From contig CAZUCW010000001.1 of the NCBI GenBank assembly GCA_964618825.1, positions 9,543 to 73,542 of the forward strand: a DNA stretch of 64,000 bases, read 5' to 3'. Under the pieces are notes generated by a model. It saw only the letters and a list, made by a program, of their open reading frames with translations, ran no database searches and was not told where the DNA came from. Below, piece after piece: positions 57,536 through 64,000 of the stretch. Position 1 is the first letter of the stretch; every line of letters starts with the position of its first letter. The translations under genes and the position numbers were made by a program. The DNA comes from an uncultured Aquabacterium sp. (lineage in GTDB: Bacteria; Pseudomonadota; Gammaproteobacteria; Burkholderiales; Burkholderiaceae_C).

Positions 57536-58477
57536 TCAAAGCGAGATGAGTGTGGCGGCCACATCTGGGCGGTGCCAGGTGCGTGCCCAGCGCGATAGCC
57601 AGCCGCTTGGGCGGTTGTGCCATGTTTGCGCATGCCGCTCGCCGCACAGGGTGATCGATAGCTCATGCCCGCAGCGTGCGGTGTCGAGCGCCTGGGCCAG
57701 TGCGCCGGCATCGAGCGATTGCCAGGCGCTGGCCCAAGCGGCCCAGTTGCCACTCAGTGCCGGCTCGCTCAGATCGGCCAGCCATTGCGGCGGCTCGCCC
57801 GTGGGGGGCTGATATGTGCCGCAGCCGCTGAGCCAGAAGCTGTTTACCGGCAGCTGCCGACGCGCTTCGCGTTCTTCGTTTACCGGGTGGGTGTACCACA
57901 CCATCTGCACTTCGCTTTGCAGGCGGCGGATCGTGCGCGCCTGGGGGTGATCGGGCATCCACAGATCGGGGTTGCGACCCACCACGCGGTCGAGCGAGGC
58001 TGTGGGCAAATCGCGCAGACATTCGTGCGCGGCATACCAGCGTGTCGGGTGTTGCCACACGAGTATCCAGCCATCGTCTTCAAACAATGGGCGCACAGCG
58101 TCAAACAGCGCTTGAGATTCGTCGGCGGCCAGCGCCAGCGCCTCAGGCGCCACCACGCTCAAGTGCTCGCCACCCATGTGCCAGTGCAGCGGGGTGATCG
58201 TGGCCCAGGCGAGGTCGAGCGTGTCGATGCCATCTTGCCGGGCCTGCCAGGCCGCCCAGGGCAGGGCGCCATCGGCCCCGTGCCAGCCCAGGTGGCGAGC
58301 CCGTGCGCGTTCGTGCGGTGCTGAGAGCTGGTATTCGTTGCCCTCATCGCGCAAGCCAGGGGTGAGCTGTTTGAGCAGGGCATGCAGATGCGGCAGGCGC
58401 TGCGCGAGCTGGCGATCCTGCACGGCCTGGTGGCAGCCGGGCGACGGGGTTGAAGCAAAAGGGATGATGAGGTGCAC
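57536..58477 (-). CDS. conserved protein, cofactor-independent phosphoglycerate mutase-like
   Basis: GTG start; TP.HW, RLQSEVQM.WY.HPVN..R....LPVNSFW.SG; located upstream of recJ. Confidence 0.7.
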   Translation of the reverse strand: MHLIIPFASTPSPGCHQAVQDRQLAQRLPHLHALLKQLTPGLRDEGNEYQLSAPHERARARHLGWHGADGALPWAAWQARQDGIDTLDLAWATITPLHWHMGGEHLSVVAPEALALAADESQALFDAVRPLFEDDGWILVWQHPTRWYAAHECLRDLPTASLDRVVGRNPDLWMPDHPQARTIRRLQSEVQMVWYTHPVNEEREARRQLPVNSFWLSGCGTYQPPTGEPPQWLADLSEPALSGNWAAWASAWQSLDAGALAQALDTARCGHELSITLCGERHAQTWHNRPSGWLSRWARTWHRPDVAATLISL

Positions 58478-58536
58478 GGGGTGAATTATCGGCGCGCACC
58501 ACAAGCCAACGCGGCGTGCCCGACAATCACCCTCTT

Positions 58537-59820
58537 ATGAATCCGTCGCTCAGAAATATGCCGTTCGAGTTGCGCATCGGCTGGCGCTACACCCGTGCCG
58601 GGCGCTCGCAGCGTCGCAACGGTTTCATCTCGTTCATCTCGGGCGTATCGATGCTGGGCATCGCGCTGGGGGTCGCCGCGTTGATCATCGTGCTGTCGGT
58701 GATGAACGGTTTTCAAAAAGAGGTGCGCGATCGCATGCTCTCGGTGGTGCCGCACGTTGAGGTGTTTAACCTCGATGGTTCACCCATGGCCGATTGGCGA
58801 GCGGTGGCGCAAGCGGCAAGGCGCCACACCGAAGTGCGCGGCGCGGCGCCTTTTATCGCCTCACAGGTGCTCATTGCGCGCGGTGACGACATGCGTGGCG
58901 CCATGGTGCGCGGCATCTTGCCGGCTGATGAAGCGAGCGTTACACCACTGGCAGCGCAATTGCGCGATGGCGTGCTATCAGCGCTCAAGCCTGGCGAATG
59001 GGGCATCGTGCTTGGCGCGCAACTGGCGCAACAGCTGGGGGTGGCCGAGGGCGACGCCATCACGATCGTTACCCCCAACGGGCAGGTGACGCCGGCAGGC
59101 GTGGTGCCCCGCATGAAACGCCTCACGCTGGCGGGCACCTTCAGCGCCGGGCATTTTGAATACGACAGCGGGATGGCGCTGATGCACCTTGATGATGCGA
59201 TGCGGTTGTTTCGCACCGATGCCCCTGCTGGCGTGCAGTTGCGTTTGCGCGATGAACAACATGCGCGCGAGGTGGGTGCCGAGCTTGAGGCCTCGCTGCC
59301 ACGCGAGTTGGGGCGTCCGGTGCTGGTGCGCGATTGGACGCGCACCAATGCGGCCTGGTTCTCTGCGGTGCAGATTGAAAAACGCATGATGTTCATCATC
59401 CTCACGCTGATCGTGGCCGTGGCGGCGTTCAATTTGGTGTCGACGCTGGTGATGACCGTTACCGACAAGCAGGCCGACATCGCCATCTTGCGCACGCTGG
59501 GTGCGAGCCCGCGCTCGATCATGGGCGTGTTTATGGTGCAGGGCGCGCTCTCGGGCATCGTGGGCACCTTGAGCGGTTTGTTGCTGGGGCTGCTGGTGGC
59601 ATGCAACGTCGATGTGATCGTGCCGGCCATCGAGCGGGTGCTGCAGGTGTCGTTTTTGCCGCCCAGCGTTTACATCATCAGCCGCATGCCCAGCGATCCA
59701 CAGGCTTCAGACATCGTGCCCATTGTGGTGATATCGCTGCTGCTGTCGCTCGCCGCTACGCTCTACCCCAGCTGGCGTGCCAGCCGGGTGCAGCCTGCTC
59801 AGGCACTGCGTTACGAATGA
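58537..59820 (+). CDS. lipoprotein-releasing ABC transporter permease (LolC/LolE family)
   Basis: IG.RY, FISFIS..SM.GIALGVAALI.VLSVMNGF, VAAFNLVSTL.M.V.DK..DIAILRTLGA, YP..RA....PA.ALRYE. Confidence 0.93.
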   Translation: MNPSLRNMPFELRIGWRYTRAGRSQRRNGFISFISGVSMLGIALGVAALIIVLSVMNGFQKEVRDRMLSVVPHVEVFNLDGSPMADWRAVAQAARRHTEVRGAAPFIASQVLIARGDDMRGAMVRGILPADEASVTPLAAQLRDGVLSALKPGEWGIVLGAQLAQQLGVAEGDAITIVTPNGQVTPAGVVPRMKRLTLAGTFSAGHFEYDSGMALMHLDDAMRLFRTDAPAGVQLRLRDEQHAREVGAELEASLPRELGRPVLVRDWTRTNAAWFSAVQIEKRMMFIILTLIVAVAAFNLVSTLVMTVTDKQADIAILRTLGASPRSIMGVFMVQGALSGIVGTLSGLLLGLLVACNVDVIVPAIERVLQVSFLPPSVYIISRMPSDPQASDIVPIVVISLLLSLAATLYPSWRASRVQPAQALRYE

Positions 59821-59842
59821 TTTATTGGCAAGGCCACACGAG

Positions 59843-60055
59843 ATGATTTTTGGGATGACCGAAGAGCAGCTGGCTCAGTGGGGCGCCACGTTTGGCGTGG
59901 GCGCCTTCATTTGCTACATGCTGTTCATCATCTGGCAGCTGGCCCGCGAATCGAAGGCGGGGCGCTTTGGCACCTTTGTGCTGTTTTTGGTGTTGGCCTT
60001 CGGGATGCTCGGCTTCGTGGCCAAGAGCATTCTCACGTGGCTGCTGAAGGTTTGA
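59843..60055 (+). CDS. DUF2788-like small membrane protein
   Basis: YMLFIIWQLARESKAGRFGTFVLFLVL..GMLGFVAK. Confidence 0.8.
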   Translation: MIFGMTEEQLAQWGATFGVGAFICYMLFIIWQLARESKAGRFGTFVLFLVLAFGMLGFVAKSILTWLLKV

Positions 60056-60082
60056 GCCTCAGCGCAGCCACCGAGGAGAGGA

Positions 60083-61204
60083 TCAGCGCTTGCGCAGGAT
60101 CACGCTGCCGATCGAATAGCCGGCGCCAAACGAGCAGATTACGCCCAGATCGCCTGTGGCCAGATCGGCACGGTGTGCATGAAAGGCAATGATCGAGCCT
60201 GCCGATGAGGTGTTGGCAAACTCGTCGAGGATCAGCGGCGCTACATCGCTGGTGGGGTCGGTGCCGATGAGCTTGCGGATCACGAATTGATTCATGCTCT
60301 GGTTGGCCTGGTGCAGCCAGTAGCGGCGCACCTGGGTGGGCTCGATCTTGAGTGTGCCCAAGTGGTTCTCGATGTGCGCGGCGGCCATCGGCACCACCTC
60401 TTTAAACACTTTGCGGCCTTCTTGCCTGAAGGTTTTGTCGCGGGCGTCGGCGGGGGTGTCTTCGCAGCGGTTAAGAAAGCCGAAGTTGTTGCGGATATTG
60501 TTCGAGAACTGCGTGGCGAGTTTGGTGCCCAGCACATCCCACTGTTCGGTGGCGGTGGCTGTATCGGCGCGCTCGACGATGATGGCGGTGCAGGCGTCGC
60601 CGAAGATGAAGTGGCAATCGCGGTCGCGCCACTCTTGGTGGCCCGAAGTGATTTCGGGGTTGACGACCAATACGCAGCGGGCCGAGCCGGCGCGCACAGC
60701 GTTAACGGCCTGCTCGAGCGCGAAGGTGGCGGTTGAACACGCTACGTTCATATCAAAGCCGTAGCCGCCGGCGCCCAGCGCTTGCTGAATCTCAACGGCG
60801 ATGGCTGGGTAGGCGCGTTGCATGTTGGATGCGCCGCACAGCACGGCATCCACATCTTTGCCTTCTTTGCCTGCTTGCGCCAGAGCCTGCCGGGCCGCAG
60901 CTACGCCGATCTCGGCCATCAGCGAGAGCTCGTCGTCGCGGCGCGGAGCCAGACGCGGCACCATGCGCTCGGGATCGAGCACGCCGGATTTGTCCATCAC
61001 GTAGCGGCGCTGGATGCCCGAGGCTTTTTCGATGAACTCGACGCTCGAGGGCTGCAGGGCCTCGCGTGCGCCCGCCACGATTTCATCGGCATGCCGGGCG
61101 TTGTAGAGCTCGACATATCGGTTGAACGACTCAACCAATTCGGCGTTCGTGATGATCTGCGCGGGGTGGTACAGGCCCGTACCGCTGATAACAACTGATG
61201 TCAT
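60083..61204 (-). CDS. beta-ketoacyl-ACP synthase III (long, PA3286-like type)
   Basis: DMNVACS, FGD, SNNIRNNFGFLNR, LHQAN, ANTSSAGS, SFGAGYS. Confidence 0.9.
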   Translation of the reverse strand: MTSVVISGTGLYHPAQIITNAELVESFNRYVELYNARHADEIVAGAREALQPSSVEFIEKASGIQRRYVMDKSGVLDPERMVPRLAPRRDDELSLMAEIGVAAARQALAQAGKEGKDVDAVLCGASNMQRAYPAIAVEIQQALGAGGYGFDMNVACSTATFALEQAVNAVRAGSARCVLVVNPEITSGHQEWRDRDCHFIFGDACTAIIVERADTATATEQWDVLGTKLATQFSNNIRNNFGFLNRCEDTPADARDKTFRQEGRKVFKEVVPMAAAHIENHLGTLKIEPTQVRRYWLHQANQSMNQFVIRKLIGTDPTSDVAPLILDEFANTSSAGSIIAFHAHRADLATGDLGVICSFGAGYSIGSVILRKR

Positions 61205-61266
61205 GTGAGTTCCTGCCAATGCGCCGCCAGAGGGATCAAGGCCACGCTGTCAAGTGGGATGGCGGA

Positions 61267-63285
61267 TTATGCCGCCGGGTGTGGCGTGGGTCGTTCAGCG
61301 CGTGCCTTGAGCTCAAAGCGTGCCGGATCCATGGCATGCAGCAGATCGGATTCGATCGGCGCAGGGCAGCCGGTGATCCAGCTGGCGAGCACGCGCCCCG
61401 CCAGCGCCGACCACGTGACGCCTCGCGAGCCCAGGCCTGTGAGCAGATACAGCCCGCTGGTGTCGTTTTGCAGGCGCGGATAGTGGCGGGGATGATCGGC
61501 GCGGCGCGGGGTGTTTTGGGGGGTGAGGCGGGCGGCCACCGGGCCGATGATGGGCAGACGGTCGCCGGTAACGGGGCGCCAGGCTACGCGTCCGGCAAAA
61601 GCTTCGGGGGTGAGTTGTGCGAGCGCATCGGGGGTGAACACGCCGATCTGGGTAGCGTCTTCGGCAATGCGCAAATGCTCTTGCGGGCGCACGGCGGGAT
61701 CGGGGTCGTTGTGCTGTGAGGTGGCCCCCAGCACGATGCGTCCATCGTCGGTGTGGATGGCGTAGGCCGCGCCGGTAACGGGCAACTGCGGCACATGGAC
61801 GCGCGGGTCGGCGTCGGGCAGCCAGCACAACTGGCCGCGCACCGGGTTGAGCTGGATGGGGGCGTGCTCGAGCGGTGCGTGCCCGGCGGGTGCCAGTAAC
61901 TCGCATGCGAGGGCGCCGTTGGCGATCACGGCCACGGGGGCTTGGGCCAGGCGTTCGCCGTGCTTGCTCCAGGCAATCCACTCACCGTTTTCGTGGCTGA
62001 GGCGGTGCACCTCTTGGTGGCCGATAAAACGCGCGCCCGAGGTGTCGAGCATCGTGCGCGCGAGCACTGCCGGTTGCGTCCAGCCGCCTTCGGTGAAGAG
62101 CCAGCCGCCACTGGGCACCTGCAGGCCGCTGCGCTCGCAGGCCTGGGCCTGATCCAGCCAGCTCACGTAAGACGCGGGCAGGCCGGTTTTTTGCAGCAAG
62201 GCGTGAGCTTCGGCATCGCTCAGGCGTTCTTCGAGCCGCAACAACCCATCACACGATCCGTGGATGCGGCCTTGGGCAAGCCAGGGCCTGAGCACTTGCA
62301 CGAGTGTGAGTGCCGCAGCCCGATACAGCCGTGCGTGGATGCCGTCGTCGGCATTGAGGATGCCGTGAAACAGGCCCGCCGGGTTGCCCGAGGTTTGCGT
62401 GGCGGGCTCGCTCTGGCGATCGAGCACGGTGGCGCGCCAGCCTTGTTCGGCCAGCGCCCAGGCTGCCGAACAGCCCGCCAACCCGGCGCCAATGATCAGC
62501 GCGTGGCGTTGCTCGCGCGGCAATTGGGGCGTGCGCGGCGCACCGGCCGGACGCGGGGCATGGTGGTGCGGCGCGTAGCGTGCCGTGAGCATGTCGCGCT
62601 TGTCGGCAAAGCCCTCGGTGCGTTGCACCTCGAAGTGCGCGGCTTGCAGGCCATCGCGCACGTTGCGGGCCACGCTCCAGGTGGCGGCGGTGGCGCCGGG
62701 TGCAGCCAGCCGGGGCAGGCGCTGCATCACGTGCTCGTTCCACATTTCAGGGTTTTTGGCTGGGGCAAAGCCATCGAGATAAAAAGCGTCAACCTCGGCA
62801 TCAAGTGCGCTCAGCACGTCGGCCACATCGCCCAGACACAACAGCAGTTGCACGCGGCTGTCATCAAAGTGCAGGGCGTGCACGTTGGGCGTGAGGGTGG
62901 GCCAGCGTTCAATCAGCTCGCCGGCCAGCGCAGCCATCTCGGGGGCGGCATGTGTGGCGTGCACTTGGGCAAGATCGTTGCGCGTGAGCGGGTGTTTTTC
63001 GATCGATATAAAGATCAGCCGCTCGCAGCGTTGGGCATCGGCGCGCCACGCCGCCCAGGTTGCCAAAAAGTTGTTGCCCAACCCGAAGCCGGTTTCGAGG
63101 ATCACAAAGCGATCACGCCCCTGCCAGCGCGTGGGCAGGCCGTTGCCGTGCAAAAAGACGTGCCGCGCCTGCTCGTGAGCGCCAGCACTGGCGTGGTAGA
63201 CGTCATCAAACAGCGGTGCGAAAGGCTGAGGCGCCGCGTTGTCTTGCCAGCGCACGATGGCGGGCGTGATGGGGTGCGTTTTCAT
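61267..63285 (-). CDS. mnmC: bifunctional tRNA mnm5s2U34 biosynthesis protein MnmC
   Basis: FDDVY, ILETGFGLGNNF, YLDGFAPAKNPEMW, IIGAGLAG, SGNPAG, GLGSRG. Confidence 0.95.
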   Translation of the reverse strand: MKTHPITPAIVRWQDNAAPQPFAPLFDDVYHASAGAHEQARHVFLHGNGLPTRWQGRDRFVILETGFGLGNNFLATWAAWRADAQRCERLIFISIEKHPLTRNDLAQVHATHAAPEMAALAGELIERWPTLTPNVHALHFDDSRVQLLLCLGDVADVLSALDAEVDAFYLDGFAPAKNPEMWNEHVMQRLPRLAAPGATAATWSVARNVRDGLQAAHFEVQRTEGFADKRDMLTARYAPHHHAPRPAGAPRTPQLPREQRHALIIGAGLAGCSAAWALAEQGWRATVLDRQSEPATQTSGNPAGLFHGILNADDGIHARLYRAAALTLVQVLRPWLAQGRIHGSCDGLLRLEERLSDAEAHALLQKTGLPASYVSWLDQAQACERSGLQVPSGGWLFTEGGWTQPAVLARTMLDTSGARFIGHQEVHRLSHENGEWIAWSKHGERLAQAPVAVIANGALACELLAPAGHAPLEHAPIQLNPVRGQLCWLPDADPRVHVPQLPVTGAAYAIHTDDGRIVLGATSQHNDPDPAVRPQEHLRIAEDATQIGVFTPDALAQLTPEAFAGRVAWRPVTGDRLPIIGPVAARLTPQNTPRRADHPRHYPRLQNDTSGLYLLTGLGSRGVTWSALAGRVLASWITGCPAPIESDLLHAMDPARFELKARAERPTPHPAA

Positions 63286-63353
63286 GGCCGCCGAATGTAA
63301 GCCGAACGGCCCGCATCACGGCTGACGCAAGGCAAACGCGCTGCTGCATTCGA

Positions 63354-64000
63354 TTACAAGGCGATCTGTTGGCGACGCACCCGCGCTTGGCGCGACAGCT
63401 GATCTTCGCGGCTGAGGTGGGTTTCGCGATCAGCAAAGCGCGGCGGTTGGTTGTAGCGCAGCTCAATGCTGCCATCGCTGGCGCGGCTGAGCGTGATCTC
63501 TACGCCCGATTCGGTTTGCCACACGGCCATGCCGCCGGGTGCAGGCTCGGGTTTGCCGCGGGTAGGTGCGCCGTATTTTTCGCGCAAGGCTTGCGACATC
63601 AGCGGCAGCTGATCTGTGGCCGAGATGGCATCGATGCGATACGTCAGGCGTGCCAGGCGCAGCATCTCGTCGTCGGGCGAGCGATCGTAGAGCAGCTCGG
63701 CGCTGCTGGCTCCGGGCAGCACATCGCCTGGGCGCCAGGTGTCGACCCAGAACTGCAGATCTGCGCTGCGCGGTGTCATGCCGTGCTCGGCCAGCATGTG
63801 CGAAATCTCGGGGCGGAACATGCAAAAAATCGGCGCATTGAGCAGCTTGAACGCATGCTTGTCTTGCCGGCATTTCTCGCTTTGCTCGATGCGATCAAGC
63901 AGCAGATCGGCCTGGGTAACGCCTTGAGCGCTGGCGTCTTGCAGCAACTGCCGCACGGCGTTCAGATCAAACGGGCGGGGTGAATGCCCGGCCAGCATTT
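63354..64000 (-). CDS. hypothetical protein (probably the C-terminal part of a gene starting outside the window)
   Basis: Open frame with coding-like composition running to the window edge; no family recognised. Confidence 0.55.
   Translation of the reverse strand, partial: MLAGHSPRPFDLNAVRQLLQDASAQGVTQADLLLDRIEQSEKCRQDKHAFKLLNAPIFCMFRPEISHMLAEHGMTPRSADLQFWVDTWRPGDVLPGASSAELLYDRSPDDEMLRLARLTYRIDAISATDQLPLMSQALREKYGAPTRGKPEPAPGGMAVWQTESGVEITLSRASDGSIELRYNQPPRFADRETHLSREDQLSRQARVRRQQIAL

Noticed and set aside
61942-63300. 452-aa plus-strand ORF
   Set aside because: Antisense shadow of mnmC.
1-64000. CRISPR arrays, IS elements, prophage genes, riboswitches
   Set aside because: No spaced direct repeats, transposase/integrase/phage motifs or riboswitch consensus recognised; a covariance-model search could still find weak RNAs.

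Overview
GC-rich betaproteobacterial (Burkholderiales-like, inferred from gene content and order) chromosomal segment. It is mostly housekeeping genes: matB-like acyl-CoA ligase, MoxR/VWA, tamAB, GST, FimV-like, pabB-pabC fusion, dsbB, ridA, comEC, yggX, argA, hrpA, tRNA-Pro, the flgA-L/flgM cluster, recJ, lolC/E, KAS III and mnmC. The standout is a tightly linked co-directional cluster at ~1.05-14.2 kb: GAF-membrane fusion protein (MFP), PqqD/RRE-like-M50 site-2 protease-MFP fusion, C-terminally truncated SecA paralog, a third MFP (frameshifted in a GC dinucleotide run), a 1642-aa LEPR-xLL/DUF4347/cadherin-like surface protein with a C-terminal hydrophobic W-x-x-L-D-P motif, and a translationally coupled PAS-GGDEF cyclase. 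No ABC/RND pump, TolC or SecY paralog is present in the window. The cluster looks like a candidate uncharacterised export and processing system for a giant adhesin; this is inference. No CRISPR array, integrase or transposase was recognised. All calls come from motif recognition by eye, without database searches.
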